Shown: one piece after another, positions 28,760 to 39,885 of the stretch | Numbering within the stretch: the first letter of the stretch is position 1 | How the letters are laid out: each line of letters begins with the position of its first letter | Assembly: GCA_964016885.1 (NCBI GenBank) | Contig: OZ024743.1 | Coordinates: 321,222,001 to 321,286,000 of the forward strand | Reading direction: 5' to 3' | Source: Eledone cirrhosa | Taxonomy: Eukaryota | DNA length: 64,000 nt | The notes under the pieces: generated by a model | Told to the model about the DNA's origin: nothing | Database searches by the model: none | Seen by the model: the letters and a program-made list of their open reading frames with translations, nothing else | Made by a program: the position numbers and the translations under genes

Positions 28760-29005
28760 TTGAGAGGGATCTGGCAGCTATTTCAGCTGCTTATATGATC
28801 CTACTGTATTTCCCTTATTAGAAGGATTTGGCTGCTATTTCAGCAGGTTAAGTGATCCCACAATGTTTCTTTCGCGAGAGGGATTTGGCTGCTATTTCAA
28901 CAGGTTAAGTGATCCCACAATATTTCTTCTTACTAGGGGGATTTGGCTGCTATTTCAGCAGGTTTGGCTGCTATTTCAGCACCTTAAGTGACCACACAAT
29001 GTCTC
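28760..29005. repeat. Degenerate ~56-bp tandem repeat (4-5 copies of GAGGGATTTGGCTGCTATTTCAGCAGGTTAAGTGATCCCAC..)
   Basis: The motif GCTGCTATTTCA recurs near 28777, 28831, 28888, 28946 and 28967. Confidence 0.8.
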
Positions 29006-29034
29006 TCTCATTCGCTCACAGATGTCTGTTTTGA

Positions 29035-29155
29035 AGCCACCTTTGCATTTCATCCTTCCAATATTGCTAGAATAATTACTAGTCATATACTAGGGTCAAT
29101 CTAATCAACTATTCACAGCCCCAGAGTTTGTGTCCTTGTACTTTTATTAGAGACC
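29035..29155 (+). mobile_element. Old SINE 3' fragment
   Basis: CTTTGCATTTCATCC...TACTAGGGTCAATCTAATCAACT...CCTTGTAC resembles the long-form SINE body. Confidence 0.55.
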
Positions 29156-29224
29156 ATTGTAGTGATATTTTAACATCTAAAAGTAACCTAAATAACTTCA
29201 ATTCAGTACCAAAACACATATCTT

Positions 29225-29545
29225 GGGTGGTGATGGTCTGAATGACAATGATGATGATGATAATGATGGTGATGATGATAGTGATGGTGATGGTGATGGT
29301 GGTCGTGATGGTGGTGGTGGAGGTGGTGGTGGGGTGTGTTGGGTGGTGGTGGGGAGGGTGGTGGTGGTCTGAATGACAATGATGTTGATGATGGTGATGG
29401 TGATTGTGATAGTGATGGTGATGGTGGTGGTGGTGGCAGTAGTGGTGGTCTGAATCATGATAATGATGATGATGGTGGTGGTGGTGGTCTGAATCATGAT
29501 GATGATGATGATGGTGGTGGTCTTAATGATGATGATGTTGAGAAT
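29225..29545. repeat. (GAT/GGT)n low-complexity tract
   Basis: Direct reading. Confidence 0.95.
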
Positions 29546-29847
29546 TGACTAATATATATAAGTAGTCTGGGAGAACAACTGAATCTAGATGAGGCTCAGC
29601 AAGTCTTCAAGCTTTCATGTCTACACATTATCATCATCATCATCATTATCATCATTATCATTTAACTTCCATCTTCTACGCTAGCATAGGGGTTTTTATC
29701 CATAATTTGGTTTGGGAGCAAGGCTAGACATGTTTATTTTCATATAGCATTAATTCTTATTATAGGGACATGTTATATAATTTTCTTATTTAAAATTTTC
29801 TAAATTATATTGTTTAATTCTAAGGTATATTAGTATGTTAAGAACAA

Positions 29848-30030
29848 AGGTGGTTGTAAATTGGCAGCATTGCTAGAGTGTTGGACAACATGCTTTGGAA
29901 CATATAGTTATTGTCCTTTACATTCGAATTTAAAAGCGCATTGAGGTTATCTTTGCCTTTCATTCTTATGAGGTTGATAAGATAAGCACCAGTTATGAAG
30001 TGGGGTTGATTTAATCTACTTTCCCCTTCC
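29848..30030 (+). mobile_element. Degenerate SINE (long form)
   Basis: ATTGGCAGCATTGCTAGAGTGTTGGAC...GAGGTTATCTTTGCCTTTCATTC...GTTGATAAGATAAGCACCAG...GGGGTTGATTTAATCTACTTTCCCC. Confidence 0.75.
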
Positions 30031-30293
30031 TTTGTACTGTTATTACCTTAACAACAGCAAGAAAAACTAATGTCAAAACTCCTACTTTAAATCTGATTTA
30101 GTTTTATTCTTATTTTATATGTAATGACCAAACTTGTGAGATTTTGTTACATCTATTTTTTTTTTTTTGTGCTTAAATCTTGCCAAGACCGATTTTGTTT
30201 TTCATACTTGTGAGATTGATAAAATAAGTACATATGTACTTAAATGAATTTAATCAAATACTCCCTTCCCCCAAGTGTGTGGTCATGTACCTA

Positions 30294-32620
30294 TCATCAT
30301 TATCATCATAATTTAACATCCATTTTTCACACTAGCACGGATTAGACAAGTTGTCCCATTAGAGGCGTGTCAGGTCAGGTGACCATGTCTTGCTCATACA
30401 GAACTGTTTCTGGCTTGGTTTCTTTGGTTGGATACCCTTCCGAACACCAACCATGTTTACTGTGTGGGCTGAGTGTTTTTCATGACACCTTCACGACCCT
30501 TTTACAATGTAGACTGGGTGTTTTTTTATTGTGGCACCATAACGACCACTTTACAGGGTGGAGTTGGGGCTGGGGTTTTGGTGTAAGGGCATGGGTGAAA
30601 GGTGAGGTGTTATAACGTGGGTGGAGTGTTAGGGCATGGGAGGTGTATGGAAGGGGAATGGAGGTTAGGGGTAAAGTGGTGCATACTAAAAGTATGCTTT
30701 AGCTTGTGTGCATGGGAAGACATGTCTTCTGTATTATTGCATAATGCCAAAGATCTCAATCATGTGTCATTGCTTTTGAGAGATGTAATTGTGTAAGGTT
30801 AGCTTTTATGACTTCATCCCAAATCTTCCTACTCCATAGCTTCCATCAGCTTTGAGTGCCCTGTTATATGTATCACATGGCCATACCAACGTAATCTTCT
30901 CTCTTGCACACTGTATCTGATGCCTCTTATGCCCAGTTTCCCTCTCAGTTCATTTACACTTTGCCATTCATGTATATTTCTATTACATATCCATTGGAAC
31001 ATGTAGGCTTCATTTCTTATCAGTCTTCACAGGTCCTCTGAACACTGCTAAGGTCTCACTGCCACGCAGCTTTGCTGTTAATATACATGCATCATACAAT
31101 CTGCCCTTCTTTTTTAGGGAAAATCTTTTGTAGCTAGCAACAGTAGCTCCCTGAACTTTCTCCAGGTTGTTCGCACTCTGGCTACTGTAGTTTTGGAACA
31201 CCCTCTTCCACTGCTAATTTGGTCACCGAGGTAACAGAAACTGTCAGCTATTTCTATAGAGGTCTCTGGGCATTTGAAGGACCTAGTTTTGTGAAGGCTC
31301 TTGTTACTTACTGCATCAGCCACATATAAAACCAAATCATCATGGACACACTTATCCTCATCATTACCACAATTTTCCCTGACACACTGCTTCACAAGCT
31401 TGAACACCTCATGCCTTTGATCCTTCCAAAGTCAGAACATGCTTATTTATTTAAAGTTTTTGCTTGCCTTCTTGCAAAGTACACTTGTCACCTACAGTCT
31501 CTCCTAACCTCCTGATAGTGTTCTCTACTTCCCCCATCATGCCATTCTTTCCATCTTTCCATGCCTATGTTTTGGCCTTAATTGGCCTTAATTGACCTTA
31601 ATTGTCTCCTCCACCCTACTGTTCTACTACCAAGTCTCTGCTCCAGCCACAGATTTCGTTTGTCACCTTCAGTAGGTTATCTTTCAGGATTTCCCACTTG
31701 GCCTCTAAATTGTATATCTCTATTTCCTCTTCCTTACTGCCAAAAACCTCAAGCAACATACTTCTAAATTTGTTACTGGCTGCGGGGCCCTTTAATTTCT
31801 ATATTCTTCTCCTCTAGGTTGAACTTGGTCATTGAGTTCGTTTAGCCCTAACTATAAGGTCACTAACTACTAGGTTATGTTGGGAGGTGCATTCTTCACC
31901 AAGGAGAAACTTTCTGTTTACAACAGTCACTCTATATCGTCTTCTGGTAAGGATAGAATCTATCTGGCTGGTATGCTCCCCTGATCTATAGGGGATCAAG
32001 TGATTGTCTCGTTTTTCTTAAGTTCATGTTACAGAGAGATAAATCATTGGCATCAAAGAATTCCAAGAGCATCAAATGTTTTTCATTTATAGCACCAAAC
32101 CCTTAACCCCCATGGATCATGTCAAGCTATAACAGTGTTGCCCAATATACACATTAACGTCACCTGCAATTACTATGAAGTCACTGTCACATATTTGAGA
32201 AAATGTGTGCATTAGGGAATCATATAACCTGTCTTTTAGTACGTCCAACAGACCAGATTAGAGTGCATATGCAGATATAATTGTCACTGTTGTTCTATTT
32301 AGTACTAGTCTAATTTTAATGATTCTGTTATTTACTATATTTACAGCTATTACCTTTTTATTAATAACATAATCCCTCTCTACCCAGCCCATTGTCATTT
32401 CTCACACAGAAAAATTTGTATCATTGTTTTTTTCCAACAAGGAATGTAGATGACATTTCCCTCCATGTAGCCACTTGTACACAGCACACATCAACTTTCT
32501 TTTGTCCAAGCATTTCTACAATCTCTTCTGATGTTCCATTTATTGTGCTGGTGTTGATGGTGCCAGCTCTGAAGTTATGGAGTTCACCGGAAGGGTGAGA
32601 GAAAGAAGAAGAAAGCATGG
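30294..32620 (-). mobile_element. Decayed RTE-clade LINE with internal deletion: AP endonuclease plus post-RT region, (GAT)n tail
   Basis: GTINTSTING..EEIVEML..KKVDVCCVQ (APE N-terminus), SQIDSIL, DSFCYLGDQIS, GRLYDAC...GSET; tail reads (ATC)n on + at ~30294-30310. RT core not seen. Confidence 0.85.
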
Positions 32621-33514
32621 GAGGGGGGTGAGAAATTGATTGGTGTTGGTTTTAGTTTTCCATGTCTGAAATAAAGAACATTTGCGTGGTTGTCTGGAGA
32701 CGGGAGGTAGATTCATATTCATCTTTAGGAGTGCTCCAACTCTCCAACTCTGTTACTCTTTTGCCATATGAAACAAGATTCAGACAACTGTTAGTAGTGG
32801 TAGTAGCAGAAGAAGTAGTTATTGCGATAGAAATTGAGTTTATAGTGTAGCATATATGCGCTGCTGAGCTTTCATTGGTCTAAATGGCTATGGTGGTGTA
32901 TGGAAGTTGGTGAAGTGAAAATAGAAGATGAGGCCAAATTGGGTAATATAAGAGTGGAGAAAATATTTTGAATACCAAGGAAAAAATAGGAAAGGCTGTG
33001 AAATATAAAAGGAAGGGAAAATATTTTTCCAGTTTCCATTGAAGACAGAGGAAAAAATAATGACAGGAGAACTAGAGAGCCTGAAAACAAAGTTATGAGA
33101 CCTGAAAAACTTAGTTAGATTAATGAATGAGTTGGGAGGAAGACAAGTGATTTTACATAATTCCAGCTTTTTACATACTTTCATATTTTACAAACATACA
33201 ACAACAGTAGAGTGAGATTAAATGAGGATATAGGGGTTTATTTTAAATTCCATGAATTTCTATATTATAAACTATTATTATTTCATATATTTGCTGGGGG
33301 ATTGGGGAGAAAATGATAGAATTAGTAGTATAAATGATTATCTTAAAGTATTTAGTTTTGTCTTCAGTATTTCAGTTTAAATATAATCCTTCTGGAGTCA
33401 AAATAATTAATACCAGTCATACACTTGAGTTGATTTAATTCTTGTATAATCCTTATTTTCAGGTTTTTAATCTTCTGCTATTCTAAGTAATCATTATTGA
33501 TTTTTCCATTTTAG

Positions 33515-33673
33515 CTGGGATCACAAATCATGTATGCACATTTGATAACCCACTGCTCTGTGAATACACAATTAACTGTATGGATCCTACTGAATTTACA
33601 TGGAGAAGGAATTCAGGCAGTACATCATCAAGTGGAACAGGACCGGCTACTGACCAATCAAATAGCAGATATG
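33515..33673 (+). CDS. Internal exon B: N-terminal half of a canonical-type MAM domain
   Basis: Acceptor tttttccattttag, donor G|gtaagt; 159 nt, phase 1-1. (T)GITNHVCTFDNPLLCEY...FTWRRNSGSTSSSGTGPATDQSNSRY(G) matches MAM CxF(D/E)..C, W.R..G.TPS..TGP..D. Confidence 0.93.
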
Positions 33674-34029
33674 GTAAGTTATTTTTGTTTTATTTTAATA
33701 CAATATTTTATAATGTAACTTCTTATAGAAATCAACAGGCTGAACAATTAAACTATTGCTATTTTGTACTGTATTATAAGAGATATATACAATGTTCATG
33801 ACAAAGACATATATTCTCAACAACCTCTATCACTTCGATGTATATAAAAGTTTTATACTGTTGCCTACTGTAAATAATAGAACTAATCTAAAATCTATGA
33901 ATGGTTCATTAAGTTATAGCACTAAGATCAATACCTACGTATGTAGATAGGAAAGCAAGAGATTCCAGCAGCTTTACTTATGTTAAAATCCTATTTAGTT
34001 ACGGATCTCACAACACTTAATACTAAAGA

Positions 34030-36255
34030 TAATATAATTTCATAACAGATATTGTACAAATGTTACTATAAATTTTTCAAATGCTACTATTATATATAAT
34101 TTCATAAGAGATATTGTATGGATATTACTATAAATTTTTCAAATGCTACTATTATATATAATTTCATAACAGATATTGTATGGATGTTACTATAAATTTC
34201 TCAAATGCTACTATTATATATAATTTCATAAGAGATATTGTATGGATGTTACTATAAATTTCTCAAATGCTACTATTATATATAATTTTATAAGAGATAT
34301 TGTATGGATGTTACTATGAATTTTTCAAATGCTACTATTATATATAATCTCATAACAGATATTGTATGGATGTTACTATACATTTTTCAAATGCTACTAT
34401 TATATATAATTTCATAACAGATATTGTATGGATGTTACTATAAATTTTTCAAATGCTACTATTATATATAATTTCATAAGAGATATTGTATGGATGTTAC
34501 TATAAATTTTTCAAATGCTACTATTATATATAATTTCATAACAGATATTGTATGGATGTTAGTATAAATTTATCAAATGCTACTATTATATATAATTTCA
34601 TAAGAGATATTGTATGGATGTTACTATGAATTTTTCAAATGCTACTATTATATATAATCTCATAACAGATATTGTATGGATGTTACTATACATTTTTCAA
34701 ATGCTACTATTATATATAATTTCATAACAGATATTGTATGGATGTTACTATAAATTTTTCAAATGCTACTATTATATATAATTTCATAACAGATATTGTA
34801 TGGATGTTACTATAAATTTTTCAAATGCTACTATTATATATAATTTCATAACAGATATTGTATGGATGTTACTATAAATTTCTCAAATGCTACTATTATA
34901 TATAATTTCATAAGAGATATTGTATGGATGTTACTATAAATTTCTCAAATGCTACTATTATATATAATTTCATAAGAGATATTGTATGGATGTTACTATA
35001 AATTTTTCAAATGCTACTATTATATATAATTTCATAAGAGATATTGTATGGATGTTACTATAAATTTTTCAAATGCTACTATTATATATAATTTCATAAG
35101 AGATATTGTATGGATGTTACTATAAATTTTTCAAATGCTACTATTATATATAATTTCATAAGAGATATTGTATGGATGTTACTATAAATTTCTCAAATGC
35201 TACTATTATATATAATTTCATAAGAGATATTGTATGGATGTTACTATAAATTTCTCAAATGCCACTATTATATATAATTTCATAACAGATATTGTATGGA
35301 TGTTACTATAAATTTCTCAAATGCTACTATTATATATAATTTCATAACAGATATTGTATGGATGTTACTATAAATTTCTCAAATGCTACTATTATATATA
35401 ATTTCATAACAGATATTGTATGGATGTTACTATAAATTTCTCAAATGCCACTATTATATATAATTTCATAACAGATATTGTATGGATGTTACTATAAATT
35501 TCTCAAATGCTACTATTATATATAATTTCATAACAGATATTGTATGGATGTTACTATAAATTTCTCAAATGCTACTATTATATATAATTTCATAAGAGAT
35601 ATTGTATGGATGTTACTATAAATTTCATAAGAGATATTGTATGGATGTTACTATAAATTTCTCAAATGCTACTATTATATATAATTTCATAACAGATATT
35701 GTATGGATGTTACTATAAATTTCTCAAATGCCACTATTATATATAATTTCATAACAGATATTGTATGGATGTTACTATAAATTTCTCAAATGCGACTATT
35801 ATATATAATTTCATATGGGCGGTGGATTGGCAGTATCGGTAGAGGATCGGACGCCATGCTTTCCAGCATAGTTACGTCCCTTTACGATCTGAGTTCAAAT
35901 CCCGCCGAGGTTGACTTTGCCTTTCATCTTTACGGGGTCGATAAAATAAAGTACCAGTAATGCACTGGGTAATTGCTGGCCTTGTGCCTAAAGTAGAAAC
36001 AATTATATATAATTTCATAACAGATATTGTATGGATGTTACTATAAATTTCTCAAATGCTACTATTATATATAATTTCATAAGAGATATTGTATGGATGT
36101 TACTATTAATTTCTCAAATGCCACTATTATATATAATTTCATAAGAGATATTGTATGGATGTTACTATAAATTTCTCAAATGCTACTATTATATATAATT
36201 TCATAAGAGATATTGTATGGATGTTACTATAAATTTCTCAAATGCTACTATTATA
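34030..36255. repeat. 62-bp AT-rich minisatellite (~33 units) interrupted by one SINE
   Basis: Unit TATATATAATTTCATAA(C/G)AGATATTGTATGGATGTTACTATAAATTT(T/C)TCAAATGCTACTAT; ATGCTACT recurs at 34081, 34143, 34205. Confidence 0.97.
35816..36001 (+). mobile_element. Young full-length SINE (short form) inserted in the minisatellite
   Basis: Intact A/B boxes; flanking duplication ATTATATATAATTTCATA (35798-35815 / 36002-36019). Confidence 0.95.
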
Positions 36256-36358
36256 ATTCTGAATGTTGATTTATAGGTGGAGTAAAAGCTGGGGATAAAA
36301 ATATCCATTATCAAGAAATAAAACTACTTTATAGACTCTTAAAATAGCTGAGTAGTTA

Positions 36359-36359
<1 letters not shown>

Positions 36360-36415
<56 letters not shown>

Positions 36416-36815
36416 ACACACACATGCATACACATACGCGCACACATGAAGATACATTCACACACACACATACACACACACATGCATACACACATACATG
36501 CACATAAACACACAGATACACACATACATACATGCAGATACACACACAAACCACACACGCACACACACATGCATACACATATGCACACACATGCAGATAC
36601 ACTCACACACACATACACACACACATATACACAAACACATACATGCACATAAACACACAGATACACACATACATGCACACACACACACATACACAAACAC
36701 ACACACACACACACACACATACAGACACACCACACATACACACCACATACACACATACACACACATACACATACACTCACCCATACATATACACACACCC
36801 ACCACATACACACAC
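36360..36815. repeat. (CA)n / (CATA)n compound microsatellite
   Basis: Direct reading. Confidence 0.97.
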
Positions 36816-36949
36816 GTCTGAACCTTGTCACTCCAGAAGATAAACCCCCATCTTTTCTGTTACTACCATCGAATATCAGCACCTCCCTCATTTTCCCCCT
36901 CCTAAAATGCAACCTCCAGAATCTCCTTGTCTGTAGTTCTCTTCAGGAC

Positions 36950-39120
36950 TGTGAGACATTATGCTAGAGAAAATCGTAATGTGGTTAGAAAAAAACTGTG
37001 TCTAAAATGACTGTGGAGTATTTTCCCTGTATGATGTTGAAAAGAAGGAAACATGGACGACATACCATGAGAAACTGCTGGAAGAGGAACATGAATGATA
37101 AAGCAATTAAGGACTTGAAGGCAGAGAAAGCAATTGGACCATCTGGTATAGTTCGCTGAGATGCTAAAAGCATCTGGCACGGTAAGATATGAGCCAGTCA
37201 GATAGATAGTTCAACAAGTAGTATAGGATGGTGTCATACCCAATGACTGGCATAGCAGTATTATCATAAATTGCTACAAGGGCAAAGGAGATGCACTAGA
37301 AAGAAGTAACTATAGAGGCATCAAGCTGATTGACTAAGTCATAAAAGTTACTGAAAGGGTTACAACTAATTAGGGACGGAATCAGGTTAGATGAGATGCA
37401 GTTTGGATTTATACCAGGTAGGGGTACTACTGATACCTTCTTTCTGGAGAAACAACTACAGGAGAGTTATTTAGCTAGGCCATATAGAGGAGCAACCAGC
37501 AGAGTTAGAGTTGGCATAGTACAATGATGAATTTAAAGCATGTGAGAGCCCAATCCTTAGTACAATCCTGTTTATCAAAGTTCTTCAGGCCATCACTGAG
37601 GAGTTTCAAACTGGCACACCATGAGAATTCCTAATGCTGATGACTTAGTCCTTATAGCTGAATCCGTAGGAGAGTTAGAAGCAAATTTCAAGCATGGAAA
37701 AAGGACCTAGAGCTGAGGGGACGGAAAGTAAATTTAGCAAATACAAAAGTGTTAATAAGTAGAAAAGAAGACAGAAGGATGATACCATCAGGAAAGTGGC
37801 TTTGTTTGATATGTCAGAAAGGGTTGGGAAGAAATTTCATAAGGTGCACACAATTATGGATGCACAAGCGATGTAGTGGGATTGCAAGTTGGCTAACGGA
37901 AAAGATAGACCTTATATGTGGCAGATGCACAGGGGAAGTAAACACAAAGAGCACACTTGAAATAGATTCCATCAGCTGCCAGGAAAGCTCCATAGAACTT
38001 GTTGACCGCTTTTGCTACCTAGGTAATCAAATTAGTAGTGGGGGAGGATGTGCTGAAAGTGTAATAGCTAAAATAAGAAGAAGGTTACAGATCTATTACC
38101 ACTGTTAACAACAAAATGCTTTTCTCTCAAGGTGAAGGGTAGACTGTATGATGCCTGTGTGTGAAAACTTCAATGCTACATGGCAGTGAAATCTAGGCTT
38201 TGACTGCAGAAGACCTGTGGCAGTTAGAAACAAATGAGTTGAGTATATTACGATGAATATGTAATGTTAGTGTGCTTGAGCAACATAGCATAAGCAAACT
38301 GAGGGGAAAATGTGGCATAAGAGGAATTGGATGTAGTGTGCAAGAGAGAGGACTGTATTGGAATGGACGTATGATGCACATGGAAGATAGAAAATGCATA
38401 AAACAGGCAAAGAAACCCTAGCAGCTGGGACCTGTGGTAGAGGCAGACCCAGGAAGACATGGAATGAGGTTATGACAACCGACCATAAAAAACAAAACCT
38501 CAGAACAGAAATTACTAAAAACCACAAGAGCTGGCACTATGCAGTACTGAAGAAGACCCAACCTGCAGCATACATTGTGACCTAATCTATCTCCATGCCC
38601 TGCCACCTTCACTAACACTTCCCAACAGTTATCCTCAATACTTCATCCCCACCATACATTTATCCCAACATTCCTAGCAGCTGCGCCACTCCTGTGAAGC
38701 TGTTGGTGACAGGAAGGGCATTCAGCTGTGGAGGGCCAAACAAATAAAGGGTTGCGAGGACCCTTCAGTCATATCAAGGACCCTTTAGCTGTATGAAGGA
38801 CATGACAGCCTCCCTAGTGCTGGTAATTTATATGATAAATGCTTTCCAGTACACACTGGAAAGTGGTTGGTGATAGGAAGGGTATCCAGCCATAGAAATC
38901 TTGCCAAACAAAAGCGTCGGGAATAACCTCAATTGTGTCAGTGGAATGTCAACTGTACATAAAGCAAGGCAGAGATCACTGCCGTGCCTCGAAGAGGCTC
39001 TGCTTCAGTACTGACTAGGTCTATATAGACCTGTCCAACCCTTGTTAACAGGGAAAGCAGACATTAATATGGTGATGATGATGCTGATGATGATATGTAT
39101 ATGATGATGATGATGATATG
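36950..39120 (+). mobile_element. Decayed 5'-truncated RTE-clade LINE (RT + PHD-like finger), 3' UTR and (GAT)n tail
   Basis: GPSG...EMLK, CYKGKGDALERSNYRGIKL, MQFGFIPGRGTTD, ADDLVLIAES, GKWLCLIC..CTQ.LWMHKRC..CGRC, FCYLG, GRGRPRKTW; GAT repeats at ~39073-39116. Confidence 0.88.
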
Positions 39121-39249
39121 TATATGCATATATTTAGGTACTGTCTACAAAAAGCTTTGAGCAGGATTGTTATTGAAACAGCCATAACACAATAAACAGA
39201 TGTTACACTGAAGAATTTCTGAGTTTATTTTAATACATGCATACATACA

Positions 39250-39790
39250 TACATAATTACACACATGATGGCTGCCCCCTCATTATCGAGTATAGCTATT
39301 GCACGATATAACACTATTAATAATTATCAATTAATGCTACCGTGAAATGCCTGTGCGTGAGGAGTCTTTTCAAAGTGAGGAAAGACTGTGCACTGAGTTA
39401 ATCCCACTCTCTGAGCGACAGTAGCTATAACCAGAAAAGAAGAAAAGATCAACATTATCAGTAACTACTGAGAAGCAGGTTTTATGTCAGAGTTATCTCA
39501 CAAGTGGCTTGATTCCTCCCTGGTTCCCATGACTTTAGATGGTTAACAAATCCAGCTCTTTATAGAAGAAATTGACCTCACACATTACACCTCAATTCCT
39601 GCTGAATTTTTGCAAGAACTGTACTTGGGTCCCACTTACAGAGTGAACACTTTATAGCCGCATGCTCCACTCGTTTTTGCTCAAAGATGATCTTACTCCA
39701 TGATGTATGGCCTTTAGCCAAATTCTCCCAGTTTTCTAAATCAATCTTCAGAGCTTTAAGATTGTCTTTTATGACATCTCTAAACTGATA
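39250..39790 (-). mobile_element. 3' fragment of a different RTE-like LINE with a C-terminal C2H2 zinc-finger remnant
   Basis: Minus strand reads FRDVIKDNLKALKIDLENWENLAK...W...LRCNV*GQFLL*RAGFVNHLKS. Confidence 0.6.
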
Positions 39791-39885
39791 GAATTACAAA
39801 GGAAATAAACTTCGTTTAGGGACACAACACTATGGTAAAGGATGTGTGTCTATATGTGAGAACACAGATACCTAAATATGGAATG

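Noticed and set aside
29198-29548. Thr/Pro-rich or Gly/Asp-rich coding exon
   Set aside because: Trinucleotide microsatellite without convincing splice sites; exons A and B join in frame without it.
35816-36001. tRNA gene
   Set aside because: A and B boxes are present but there is no cloverleaf; it is a dispersed repeat with TSD, i.e. a SINE.
36271-36912. Cys/Val- or His/Thr-rich ORFs (also 46930-47789)
   Set aside because: Translations of CA/GT microsatellites.
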